Assembly (NCBI GenBank): GCA_903831455.1
Contig: CAIKXV010000027.1
Location: forward strand, 39,208 to 103,207
Length of the DNA: 64,000 nt
Reading direction: 5' to 3'
Source: an uncultured Pseudomonadota bacterium
GTDB lineage: Bacteria > Pseudomonadota > Gammaproteobacteria > Burkholderiales > CAIKXV01
The notes below the pieces were generated by a model, which was given only the letters and a program-made list of their open reading frames with translations, did no database searches and had not been told where the DNA came from. The first letter of the stretch is position 1. Each line of letters begins with the position of its first letter. Below are positions 9,512 to 18,133 of the stretch, piece after piece. Position numbers and translations under genes: made by a program.

Positions 9512-10471
9512 ATGGCGAAGGCAAAGGCGACCGCGAAGGCGGCAGGCAGAAAGGTTGCGAGCCGCAAGGCCCGCGGTGCGTCGGCAACCACGATCCGCCC
9601 GCGCAAGTACACCGACATCCTGTTCGAGGTCCGCGACCAGGTGGCCTGGGTCACCATCAACCGGCCTCGCGTTCTCAATGCCTTCCGCGAGCAGACGCTC
9701 GACGAGATGATCGACGCGCTCAAGTCCACCCGCGAGGATCCCTCGATCGTCTGCGCGGTGGTCACGGGCACCGGTGATCGCGCCTTCTCCGCGGGCGGCG
9801 ACTTCTTCGCGATGAAGCGGCTCAATTTCACCAATGCCTACATGTGGAACGACCGCATGCTCGGGCTGGCGATGACCATCCGCGGCCTGCCCATCCCGGT
9901 CATCGCGATGGTCAATGGCTGGTGCATGGGCGGCGGCCACGAGCTCGCGCTGTGGTGCGACCTGGTCATCGCCTCCGAGAACGCAGTGCTCGGCCAGACC
10001 GGGGCGAAGGTCGGCGCCTGCCCCACCGTGGGGGCCACGCAGTACATCCCGCGCATCATCGGCGAGCGGCTCGCGCGCGAGATGATCTTCTGCGCCCGCC
10101 GCTTCACGGCGAAGGAGGCCGTCGAGGTGGGCCTGATCAACAAGTGCGTGCCGCAGAAGGACCTGATGGCCGAGACGCTGAAGTGGTGCGAGACGATGAA
10201 GGGCCACAGCGCGCTCACCATCCGCATGACCAAGCGTTCGCTCAACTTCGAGTCGGACAACCTGTACTCGTCCTGGCAGCACGGCATGGAGCTGCTCGCG
10301 CACGTGTGGGGCTCGGAGGAAGCCAACGAAGGGATGGCCGCGTTCCTCGAGGGTCGCAAGCCGAACTTCCAGCAGTTCCGGCTCAAGGCCAAGCGCGAAC
10401 TGGCCGGCTACCTGGACGGCTGCGAGCGCAACCTCAACGAGCCTCCGGAGATGCGCAAGCTGCACCGCTGA
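9512..10471 (+). CDS. enoyl-CoA hydratase/isomerase (crotonase) superfamily protein, MenB/BadI-like, with a basic N-terminal tail
   Basis: ATG 9512 lies 9 nt after GAGGAG. Crotonase core: ITINRPxxLNAF, FSAGGD, MVNGWCMGGGHELALWCD. The 32-aa N-terminus MAKAKATAKAAGRKVASRKARG precedes the core. Confidence 0.85.
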   Translation: MAKAKATAKAAGRKVASRKARGASATTIRPRKYTDILFEVRDQVAWVTINRPRVLNAFREQTLDEMIDALKSTREDPSIVCAVVTGTGDRAFSAGGDFFAMKRLNFTNAYMWNDRMLGLAMTIRGLPIPVIAMVNGWCMGGGHELALWCDLVIASENAVLGQTGAKVGACPTVGATQYIPRIIGERLAREMIFCARRFTAKEAVEVGLINKCVPQKDLMAETLKWCETMKGHSALTIRMTKRSLNFESDNLYSSWQHGMELLAHVWGSEEANEGMAAFLEGRKPNFQQFRLKAKRELAGYLDGCERNLNEPPEMRKLHR

Positions 10472-10481
10472 GGGTCACGCC

Positions 10482-11711
10482 ATGTCCGACGTCTCCGGGC
10501 AGCAAGGAGCACTGGCTGGCCTCCGGGTACTGGATCTCACCCGGGTGCTGGCCGGTCCGCTGGCCGCGCAGTTCCTGGGCGACATGGGCGCCGAGGTGAC
10601 CAAGGTCGAGCCGCCGGGCAATGGCGACGATACCCGCACCTGGGGACCGCCCTGGGTGGGCGACGATGCCGATGCTCGCGAGGCCGCCTACTACCTCGGG
10701 GCCAACCGGAACAAGCGCTCGATCTGCCTCGACCTGTCCGGTGCGGAGGGTCGGGCGCTGCTCGGCCGCCTGATCGAGCGGTCGGACGTGGTGCTGGACA
10801 ACTACAAGCTGGGCACGCTCGCGCGCTGGGGCTTCGACGACGCGTGGTTCGACGCCCACGCCCCGCGCGCGATCCGCGCCAGCGTCACCGGTTACGGCAC
10901 CAGCGGCCCGCGCGCCGCGTTGCCGGGCTACGATTTCATCGCCCAGGCCGAATCGGGCCTGATGAGCATCTGCGGCGAACCCGACGGCGACCCCATGAAG
11001 TACGGGGTGGCGATCGTCGACATCGCCACCGGGCTGGTCACCGCGAACGGCGTACTCGCCGCGCTGGCCGCGCGCACCCGGACCGGACGCGGCCAGAAGG
11101 TGGAGGCGTCGCTCTACGAGACCGGGCTCTACCTGCTCGCGAACGTGGCGATGAACCATCTGGCGAGCGGGCGCGACGCACGGCGCTTCGGAAACGGCCA
11201 CCCGAACATCGTGCCCTACACCACCTACCCCGCCGCCGACTCGATGATCGCGGTGGCCGTCGGCAACGACGGGCAGTTCGCCAAGTTCGCCGAACTGCTC
11301 GGCCAGCCTCGGTGGGCGAGCGACCCCGACTTCGCCACGAATGCGGCGCGCATCGCCTCGCGCGAGCGGCTCGACGCGGCGATCGGCGAACACACCCGTA
11401 CCCGCCCCGCCGCCGAGTGGATCGACCGCCTGCGCAGCTCCGGCATCCCCTGCGCACGCATCAACACGGTGGCGCAGGCGCTGGCCGATCCGCAGACGGC
11501 GGCACGCGAGATGGTGGTGACGATGAACCACCCCGCGTACGGCGACTTCCGCACCCTGGGCTGCCCGGTGAAGCTGTCCGATACGCCCGCGCAGTACCAC
11601 CTGCCGCCGCCCCGCCTGGGCGAGCATGGCAACCGCGTGCTGCGCGAGGCGCTGGGCCTGAGCGACGAACAGATCGACGATCTGCGCGCGCGTGGCGTGG
11701 TCGGGGGCTGA
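10482..11711 (+). CDS. family III CoA-transferase (CaiB/BaiF/Frc-like)
   Basis: N-terminal GLRVLDLTRVLAGPLAAQFLGDMGAEVTKVE and the NRNKRS motif are hallmarks of family III CoA-transferases. Confidence 0.9.
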   Translation: MSDVSGQQGALAGLRVLDLTRVLAGPLAAQFLGDMGAEVTKVEPPGNGDDTRTWGPPWVGDDADAREAAYYLGANRNKRSICLDLSGAEGRALLGRLIERSDVVLDNYKLGTLARWGFDDAWFDAHAPRAIRASVTGYGTSGPRAALPGYDFIAQAESGLMSICGEPDGDPMKYGVAIVDIATGLVTANGVLAALAARTRTGRGQKVEASLYETGLYLLANVAMNHLASGRDARRFGNGHPNIVPYTTYPAADSMIAVAVGNDGQFAKFAELLGQPRWASDPDFATNAARIASRERLDAAIGEHTRTRPAAEWIDRLRSSGIPCARINTVAQALADPQTAAREMVVTMNHPAYGDFRTLGCPVKLSDTPAQYHLPPPRLGEHGNRVLREALGLSDEQIDDLRARGVVGG

Positions 11712-11714
11712 CGC

Positions 11715-12131
11715 ATGTTCACCACGCTCGCCCACGTCTCGATCGCGGTGCCCGATCTCGACGAGGCCATCGCGCAACTGCAGCAGCGCTACGGGCTTGC
11801 CGCAGGCCCGGTGCAGGAGAACGTGCAGCAGGGCGTGCGCATGGCCTACGTGGAACTGGCCAATGCCCGCATCGAACTGATGTCGCCCACCTCCGCGTCC
11901 TCCCCCATCGCCCGGTTCCTGGAACGCAATCCACGGGGCGGCATCCATCACCTGTCGCTGGGTACCCCCGAGGTCGTCGCCACCGCCGACCGGTTGGCGG
12001 CGGACGGCGCGCAGGTACTGGGGGACCCTCGCACCCAGCGCAACGTGCACGGCGAGCCGATTGCCTTCCTCCACCCGCGCGACTTCCTCGGGGCGCTGGT
12101 CGAAATCGAGCCCGACGGCCGCCACGACTGA
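11715..12131 (+). CDS. methylmalonyl-CoA epimerase-like VOC-family protein
   Basis: HVSIAVPDLDEAI ... IELMSP ... GGIHHLSL ... FLHPRDFLGALVEIE follows the methylmalonyl-CoA epimerase pattern. It starts 3 nt after the CoA-transferase stop. Confidence 0.8.
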   Translation: MFTTLAHVSIAVPDLDEAIAQLQQRYGLAAGPVQENVQQGVRMAYVELANARIELMSPTSASSPIARFLERNPRGGIHHLSLGTPEVVATADRLAADGAQVLGDPRTQRNVHGEPIAFLHPRDFLGALVEIEPDGRHD

Positions 12132-12278
12132 TCCGTGTGCTAGCCTGTCCGCGACACGGCAGGGTCTCGCCCGTTCGCCGGTGCGGCGACCCGGGCAGGA
12201 TCGCCGATGCCTCGGGCACGCACGGCTCGACACGCGCCGCCCGGGCCGATGATCCGGACACGACCTGACCCGCCCCTC

Positions 12279-13604
12279 ATGACCGTTGCCTCGTTCCCGA
12301 CGCTCCAATCAGTGCTCGACGCGCTGCTCACGGGCGTGCATGCCGGAGCGCTGGCCTGGCAGGCCGGCGCCCTCCTCGGGACACTGCTGCTCGCCTGGTT
12401 CGCAACCCAGGCGCTGCGCAGGCACTTCGGCGCCCGTGGCGACGATGGCAGGCACGCACTGGCCGCGCCGACCCTCGATCGCATCCTGTTTCCGCTCTGC
12501 GGTATCGGCCTGCTGCTCATCGCGCAGTCGGCACTGGGACACTTCCACTCCACGAGCCTGCTGCGGCTGGCGGTCACCCTGCTCGCGGCGCTGGCCGGCG
12601 TGCGCTTTCTCGTGTACCTGCTGCGCGCGATCCTGCCCGCCGGCTCGCAGGTCGCCCTCTGGGAGCGGGCCATCGCGTGGACCGTCTGGACGTGGATCGC
12701 GCTGCACCTCTCCGGCCTGCTCCCGGGCATCAACGCCTTTCTCGACTCGCTGCGCGTCCCGTTCGGACGCCATCCGGTCTCGCTGCTGCTGATCCTCCAG
12801 GCAGCCCTCTCGCTGGCGGCGACGCTGCTGGTGGCGCTCTGGCTCGCGCGCGTGGCCGAGAAGCGACTGATGGGCGCCGACACGCTCGACGTCAACCTGC
12901 GCGTGATTCTCGCGAAGGTCGCCAAGGCGCTGCTGCTGCTGCTCGGCCTCCTGTTCGCCCTCGACGTGGTCGGCGTCGACCTCACGCTGCTGTCCGTGTT
13001 CGGCGGCGCGCTGGGCGTGGGCCTCGCCTTCGGCCTGCAGAAGATCGCCAGCAACTACGTGAGCGGCTTCATCATCCTGGCCGACCGGTCCCTCTCGATC
13101 GGCAACACGGTGACGATCGACAACCGCGAGGGGGTGGTCACGCGCATGACGGCACGCTACATCGTCGTGCGCAACAACGACGGCACGGAAGCGCTGATCC
13201 CGAACGAGACGGTCATCACCAGCACGGTGGTGAACCAGTCCTACAGCGATCCGCGGGTGCGCGTGGCCATCCCGGTGCAGGTCAGCTACGACAGCGACCT
13301 CGACCTGGCGATGGACCTCATGCGCAGGATCGCAACCGCGCAGCCCAGGGTGCTGGCCCAGCCCGCGCCAAACGTGGTTGTTCAGCGGCTGGCCGACAAC
13401 GGGATCGACCTGGAACTCGGCGTCTGGATCCGCGACCCCGAGGCGGCGAGGGGGCCGCTGCGCACCCAGATCTACCGCGAGTTGCTGCGCAGCTTCCGCG
13501 AGCACGGGATCGGCATCCCCTACCCGCAGCGCGAGATCCGGCTGCTCGACGGTGCCGGCGCGGCGCGCCCCCCGGCGGCAGACACGCAAGCCCCTGTCCC
13601 GTAA
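12279..13604 (+). CDS. mechanosensitive ion channel (MscS) family protein
   Basis: Multiple N-terminal TM helices. The conserved MscS core is GALGVGLAFGLQKIASNYVSGFIILADRSLSIGNTVTID. The start is uncertain: ATG 12279, or 12207/12249. Confidence 0.8.
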   Translation: MTVASFPTLQSVLDALLTGVHAGALAWQAGALLGTLLLAWFATQALRRHFGARGDDGRHALAAPTLDRILFPLCGIGLLLIAQSALGHFHSTSLLRLAVTLLAALAGVRFLVYLLRAILPAGSQVALWERAIAWTVWTWIALHLSGLLPGINAFLDSLRVPFGRHPVSLLLILQAALSLAATLLVALWLARVAEKRLMGADTLDVNLRVILAKVAKALLLLLGLLFALDVVGVDLTLLSVFGGALGVGLAFGLQKIASNYVSGFIILADRSLSIGNTVTIDNREGVVTRMTARYIVVRNNDGTEALIPNETVITSTVVNQSYSDPRVRVAIPVQVSYDSDLDLAMDLMRRIATAQPRVLAQPAPNVVVQRLADNGIDLELGVWIRDPEAARGPLRTQIYRELLRSFREHGIGIPYPQREIRLLDGAGAARPPAADTQAPVP

Positions 13605-13621
13605 GGGTTTTCCTGGGGGTT

Positions 13622-13664
13622 CGTGTTCGCGTAGCGGCTATCCCCCAAGCCCGTGTTCCGGTAG
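13622..13664 (+). promoter_or_regulatory. imperfect direct repeat upstream of the desaturase gene
   Basis: CGTGTTCGCGTAG (13622-13634) and CGTGTTCCGGTAG (13652-13664) match at 11/13 positions and are 30 bp apart. They sit in the lower-GC spacer 40-80 nt upstream of ATG 13703. Confidence 0.25.
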
Positions 13665-13702
13665 ACTCCACGGGATATCACTGACTGCGAGGAAAGCACT
13701 GC

Positions 13703-14881
13703 ATGTCGCTCACGACAGGCCTGTTCGACCTTCCGTGGTGGGGTTACGTCGTCTACGTGCTCGCCATGACGCACGTGACCATCGCCGCCGTCACGATCTA
13801 CCTGCATCGGCACCAGGCGCATCGCGGCCTGGAACTCCACCCGGTCGTCTCGCACTTCTTCCGTTTCTGGCTGTGGCTCACCACGGGCATGGTCACGCGC
13901 GAATGGGTCGCCGTGCACCGCAAGCACCATGCGCGCTGCGAGACCCCCGAGGACCCGCACAGCCCGCAGGTCCTGGGCATCCGCAAGCTGCTGCTCGAAG
14001 GCACCGAGCTCTACCGCCGCGAGTCCGCCAACCGCGAGACCATCGAGAAGTTCAGCCGCGGCACGCCCGATGACTGGATCGAGCGGAACCTCTATTCGCG
14101 CAGCTCGGTCGCGGGTCCGTACACGATGCTGGCCATCGACATCCTCCTGTTCGGCCCGATCGGCATCACGCTGTTCGCGATCCAGATGCTCTGGATCCCG
14201 GTGCTCGCCGCAGGCGTCATCAACGGCATCGGACACTACTGGGGCTACCGGAACTTCTCCGCCGAGGACGCCAGCCGCAACATCCTGCCCTGGGGCATCC
14301 TGATCGGCGGCGAGGAGTTGCACAACAACCACCATGCGTATCCCAGTTCGGCCCGCCTCTCCTCGCGCTGGTACGAGTTCGACATCGGGTGGTTCTACAT
14401 CCGCACGATGGAAATGCTCGGTCTCGCGCGCGTGAAGAAGATCGCCGCGCAGGTGCGCCTCGACGACGCCAAGACCGTCGCCGACGGCGGCACGCTCGAC
14501 GCGGTCATCGCCCATCGCTACGACGTGCTCCGGCGCTACGGCCAGTTGATGCGCGAGACCTACGGCCGCGAGTTGCCGAAGCTCGGTGCACTGCGCGCCT
14601 CGATGCCCAACCTCGACCTGCGCGCGCTGCGCAAGTGGCTCGATCGCAGTGCGGCCGACGTACCCGAGTCCGTGCGTCCCGCGCTCAGTACCGTGCTCGA
14701 GCACAGCCAGCCGCTGCAGACTGCGTACCGGATGCGCGAGGAACTCGCCTCCCTGTGGCAACGATCGACACTCTCGCGCGAGCAGCTGCTGCAGCAACTG
14801 CAGGACTGGTGCCGCCGCGCCGAGCAGAGTGGTATCGCGCCGCTGCAGGAGTTCTCCCTGCGCCTGCGCCGCTACGCGTAA
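13703..14881 (+). CDS. membrane acyl-CoA/acyl-lipid fatty acid desaturase (DesA-like)
   Basis: Three histidine boxes (HRHQAH, HRKHH, HNNHH) and N-terminal TM helices. GAGGAAA lies 8 nt upstream of the ATG. Confidence 0.85.
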   Translation: MSLTTGLFDLPWWGYVVYVLAMTHVTIAAVTIYLHRHQAHRGLELHPVVSHFFRFWLWLTTGMVTREWVAVHRKHHARCETPEDPHSPQVLGIRKLLLEGTELYRRESANRETIEKFSRGTPDDWIERNLYSRSSVAGPYTMLAIDILLFGPIGITLFAIQMLWIPVLAAGVINGIGHYWGYRNFSAEDASRNILPWGILIGGEELHNNHHAYPSSARLSSRWYEFDIGWFYIRTMEMLGLARVKKIAAQVRLDDAKTVADGGTLDAVIAHRYDVLRRYGQLMRETYGRELPKLGALRASMPNLDLRALRKWLDRSAADVPESVRPALSTVLEHSQPLQTAYRMREELASLWQRSTLSREQLLQQLQDWCRRAEQSGIAPLQEFSLRLRRYA

Positions 14882-15068
14882 CGGATCACGGCTGTCGCAT
14901 CAGCCCCGGCTCCCGTCCCACCGACGGGGCCGTGGACGGCGGTACGTACGGCCGGCGTCCGCGCGTCCGGCGGACGTGCCGTCGGCGCGGGCGGAACGGC
15001 GACTTGCAGGAGATGCCGGCCGTGGGCGCAACCGACGGCCCTCCCCGTCGGCTCCGGGTTACCGCCGC

Positions 15069-15686
15069 TCAGGCACGTGGCGCGGTATCGATCATCGACG
15101 GGCGCTGGCTGAACCCTGCGAACCAGCGGGTGAGGTGCGGGCGCCCGCCCCGCCAGTCCTCGCCCGGGTAGCGGAAGTCCAGCCATCCCAGGGTCGCGGC
15201 CGCCGCGAGGCTGCCGATCGTGGGGCCGCCGTCGAGGGCCCCGGTTGCAGCCTCGGCCTCGAGGAAATCGAGCCCCTGCCGCCACTTCACCGACTGGCCG
15301 TCGATCCACGCCGGCCAGCGACGCTCGGACGGACACAACACCTGCTGGTAGCGCACCAGGATGGCCGCATCGAGGATGCCGTCGGCCGCGGCCTGCAGTC
15401 GCAGCGCCCGCCAGCGCGCGGTCCCTTCGCGCGGGAACAGCGGAAGTCCCGTGTTCAGGCTGTCGAGGTACTCGCAGATGACCGGCGAGTCGAACAGCGC
15501 GAATCCCTCGTCGGTGACCAGCGTCGGCAACTTGGCGAGCGGATTGTCCCGGCCCAGCGCGGCGTTGGGCTCGATCGGGCTCACCACCGTGGGTACTTCC
15601 TCGACGCGGGCGGACAGGCCGGCCTCGCGCACCATCAACCTTACCTTGCGCACGAATGGCGAGGCCAGGCTCATGTAGAGCTTCAT
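15069..15686 (-). CDS. glutathione S-transferase
   Basis: MKLYMSLASPFVRKVR... with a thioredoxin-like N-domain (catalytic SPF). LPTLV..FALFDSPVICEYL is the GST G-site. GGAGGAG lies just upstream. The alternative start is 15689. Confidence 0.85.
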   Translation of the reverse strand: MKLYMSLASPFVRKVRLMVREAGLSARVEEVPTVVSPIEPNAALGRDNPLAKLPTLVTDEGFALFDSPVICEYLDSLNTGLPLFPREGTARWRALRLQAAADGILDAAILVRYQQVLCPSERRWPAWIDGQSVKWRQGLDFLEAEAATGALDGGPTIGSLAAAATLGWLDFRYPGEDWRGGRPHLTRWFAGFSQRPSMIDTAPRA

Positions 15687-15825
15687 CATGCTCCTCCGGT
15701 CGGAGGGTCGCTGGCCGTCTGCGCGGCGCTGGCGACCCGATGCCGATGACACCCGGGACGCGGACGCTGGCGGACCGCGTTCGGGTGAAGGCCGGCGACT
15801 TGCGCCGCCGGCCGGTGGATCGCGC

Positions 15826-16407
15826 TCAGGCGAAGTTCTTCTCGGCGAACGCCCAGTTCACCAGGCCGTTCAGGAAGGTCTCGACGAACTTCGGGCGGGC
15901 ATTGCGGAAATCGATGTAGTAGGCGTGTTCCCACACGTCGATCGTCAGCAGCGGCTTGTCCCCGCCGGTGAGCGGGGTGCCGGCGTTGCTGGTGTTCACG
16001 ATGTCCAACGAGCCGTCGGCCTTCTTCACGAGCCAGGTCCAGCCGGAGCCGAAGTTGCCGACCGCGGACTTGGTGAAGGCGTCCTTGAAGCCATCGTAGG
16101 ACCCGAACTTCGCATCGATCGCCGCGGCGAGCGCGCCCGACGGCTTGCCGCCGCCGGCCGGCTTCATCGAGTTCCAGAAGAAGGTGTGGTTCCACACCTG
16201 CGCCGCGTTGTTGAACACGCCGCCGCTCGACTTGCGGATGATGTCCTCGAGACCGAGGTTCTCGAACTCGGTGCCCTTGATGAGGTTGTTGAGGTTGGTG
16301 ACGTAGGCAGCGTGGTGCTTGCCGTAGTGGAACTCGAAGGTCTCCTTCGAGATGTGGGGCGCGAGCGCATCCATCGCGTAGGGCAGCGCGGGCAGGCTGT
16401 GTTCCAT
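15826..16407 (-). CDS. sodB: Fe superoxide dismutase
   Basis: [39 protein letters not shown] and [13 protein letters not shown] are canonical Fe/Mn-SOD motifs of the Fe-type pattern. AAGGAGA SD. Confidence 0.95.
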   Translation of the reverse strand: MEHSLPALPYAMDALAPHISKETFEFHYGKHHAAYVTNLNNLIKGTEFENLGLEDIIRKSSGGVFNNAAQVWNHTFFWNSMKPAGGGKPSGALAAAIDAKFGSYDGFKDAFTKSAVGNFGSGWTWLVKKADGSLDIVNTSNAGTPLTGGDKPLLTIDVWEHAYYIDFRNARPKFVETFLNGLVNWAFAEKNFA

Positions 16408-16430
16408 CGTCGTCTCCTTGGTGGGGGTGC

Positions 16431-16452
16431 GGGCTGCGCGGCCGCGCAGCCC
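16431..16452 (-). promoter_or_regulatory. perfect 22-nt GC palindrome in the sodB leader
   Basis: GGGCTGCGCGGCCGCGCAGCCC is its own reverse complement. It lies 24-45 nt upstream of the sodB ATG, downstream of the only A/T-rich patch (CGCTTTTTATCG, about 16486-16499). Confidence 0.3.
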
Positions 16453-16559
16453 TGATCAGGACCGGCCGGGCCGCCCCGACGGCAGCCCGATAAAAAGCGG
16501 TGGTCACCACCCCGGATCATGCCCGAAGCCGCGCCACCGCCCTCAGCGTCGTTGACCAC

Positions 16560-16584
16560 CCGGGCAGGCCGCGAGCCCGCCCGG
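16560..16584 (-). terminator. candidate stem-loop terminator after rpmG
   Basis: On the minus strand CCGGGCGGG-CUCGCGG-CCUGCCCGG forms 9 bp including one G-U pair. It starts 6 nt after the rpmG stop. There is no U tract. Confidence 0.4.
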
Positions 16585-16589
16585 CGGGA

Positions 16590-16745
16590 TCACTTCAGCT
16601 TGGTTTCCTTGTAGATCACGTGCTTGCGCGCGACCGGATCGAACTTCTTCATTTCGATCTTTTCGGTGGTCGTGCGCTTGTTCTTGGTGGTCGTGTAGAA
16701 GTGGCCGGTTCCGGCCGTCGACTCGAGCTTGATCTTCTCGCGCAT
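16590..16745 (-). CDS. rpmG: 50S ribosomal protein L33
   Basis: Absent from the ORF track (51 aa). My own translation is [51 protein letters not shown], a textbook L33. GGAG lies 9 nt upstream. Confidence 0.95.
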   Translation of the reverse strand: MREKIKLESTAGTGHFYTTTKNKRTTTEKIEMKKFDPVARKHVIYKETKLK

Positions 16746-16764
16746 GGGATCGGCTCCGGGGCGT

Positions 16765-17001
16765 TCAGGCGATCTCGCCGCGGGCGCGCAGATCCGCGAG
16801 CACGGTGTCGATGCCGTTCTTGTCGATGGTACGAAGGCCCGCCTGGCTCACGCGCAGGCGCACCCAGCGGTTCTCGCTCTCGACCCAGAACCGGCGGTAC
16901 TGCAGGTTGGGCAGGAAGCGGCGCTTGGTCTTGTTGTTGGCGTGGGAAACATGGTTCCCGCCGATCGGCTTCTTGCCGGTGACCTGACAGACGCGTGACA
17001 T
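16765..17001 (-). CDS. rpmB: 50S ribosomal protein L28
   Basis: [40 protein letters not shown]... is canonical L28 (78 aa). The internal ATG 17001 of ORF 16765..17028 is used. Confidence 0.95.
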   Translation of the reverse strand: MSRVCQVTGKKPIGGNHVSHANNKTKRRFLPNLQYRRFWVESENRWVRLRVSQAGLRTIDKNGIDTVLADLRARGEIA

Positions 17002-17036
17002 GGTGGTAGACCTCGAATTGGCCTGCAAAGCCCGGC

Positions 17037-17066
17037 TTTATAGCACAGTCGCCGGCCTGCGGACAA
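17037..17066 (-). promoter_or_regulatory. candidate sigma70 promoter of rpmB-rpmG
   Basis: On the minus strand: TTGTCC (17066-17061), an 18-nt spacer ending in TGC (extended -10), then TATAAA (17042-17037). It lies about 35 nt upstream of the rpmB ATG. Confidence 0.5.
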
Positions 17067-17149
17067 GGCTTCCCGCTGTACGCCCACCGATGTCCGCCCC
17101 TCCCCCGCGGCCGCCGAGGGCGGACGGCGCCAGGCCCGCTCGGGGCGTT

Positions 17150-17941
17150 TCAGAGCAGCCCGCGCTCGGCGAAGGACACCACCGCCTCGCGCGCGACCAC
17201 GAAGTGGTCGAGCACCCGCACGTCGACCAGCGCCAGCGCATCGCGCAGGATGGTGGTGAGCTGCTCGTCGGCCCGGCTGGGCTCGGCAACGCCCGAGGGG
17301 TGGTTGTGCGCGAGGATCACCCCGGCTGCATTCGCCCCCAGCGCCGCCTTGACCACCTCGCGCGGATAGACGCTGGTCTGGGTAAGGGTGCCGCGAAACA
17401 GCTCCCGTTCCCCGAGCAGCCGATGACGCGCATCGAGGAACAGCACGACGAACACCTCGTGCTCCCGTCCCGCGAGCCACAGCGCCAGCCAGTCGCGCAC
17501 CCGCTGGGGACTGTCGAGCACGCTGACCGCGCGCAGCGGCGCACGCAGCACGCGCGCGGCAATGGCCAGCGAGGCCTGCGCCCGGGCGTGGCCCAACGCG
17601 TCGGCGCGCGGCGCCCCCCGCCACTCGGCCTCGCAGGAGGTGAACAGGCCGTGCAGGCTGCCGAAGCGTGCGAGCAGCCCGTTCGCGCGGCGCAGCGCCG
17701 CTGCGTCATCGCCCCGGCCGTACAGCCACAGCGCCAGCAGTTCGGCGTCGGACAGCGCGCTCGCACCGTGGTCGCGCAACCGGTCGCGCAACCCGAGGGG
17801 CGCGCACGGCTGCGCCGGCTCCGCGCATGCGCGGGCCGCCAGCGCGCCGGTCGCGCGAGGCGGGGTGTCCGGGCGCCGGGGCGTGGCGGCGTCCAGGCGC
17901 GGGCCGGGTACAGCAGCGGCGGACGGGGAGACGACGGGCAT
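17150..17941 (-). CDS. radC: RadC-family (JAB/MPN domain) protein
   Basis: LSDAELLALWL ... FGSLHGL helix-hairpin-helix region, and the C-terminal JAMM-like ILAHNHPSGVAEPSRAD motif. The Ala/Pro-rich N-terminus makes the start uncertain. Confidence 0.85.
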   Translation of the reverse strand: MPVVSPSAAAVPGPRLDAATPRRPDTPPRATGALAARACAEPAQPCAPLGLRDRLRDHGASALSDAELLALWLYGRGDDAAALRRANGLLARFGSLHGLFTSCEAEWRGAPRADALGHARAQASLAIAARVLRAPLRAVSVLDSPQRVRDWLALWLAGREHEVFVVLFLDARHRLLGERELFRGTLTQTSVYPREVVKAALGANAAGVILAHNHPSGVAEPSRADEQLTTILRDALALVDVRVLDHFVVAREAVVSFAERGLL

Positions 17942-18133
17942 CGGGAAGGTCGACGGCCGATGGCAGGAGTGGGGACGCGCGCGGGAGGGTCCACGGGCCC
18001 GCGAGCCGTCGGTCGAGGCTCGCGGGCCGGGGATCGCCGCTGGGCTACACTACGGCTCGCGCGCCTGCCGCGCGCGAGCGCGGTCGCCCGCCTGTGCGGC
18101 CATTCTCCCCGGCGCCCCGCGCCCGACCTCGCG

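Noticed and set aside
14881-15069. Hairpin CCGACGG-N6-CCGTCGG (15032-15051) as a terminator between the desaturase and GST genes
   Set aside because: It has only a 7-bp stem, no U tract on either strand, and many comparable GC hairpins occur by chance in this composition. The evidence is too weak to list as a feature.
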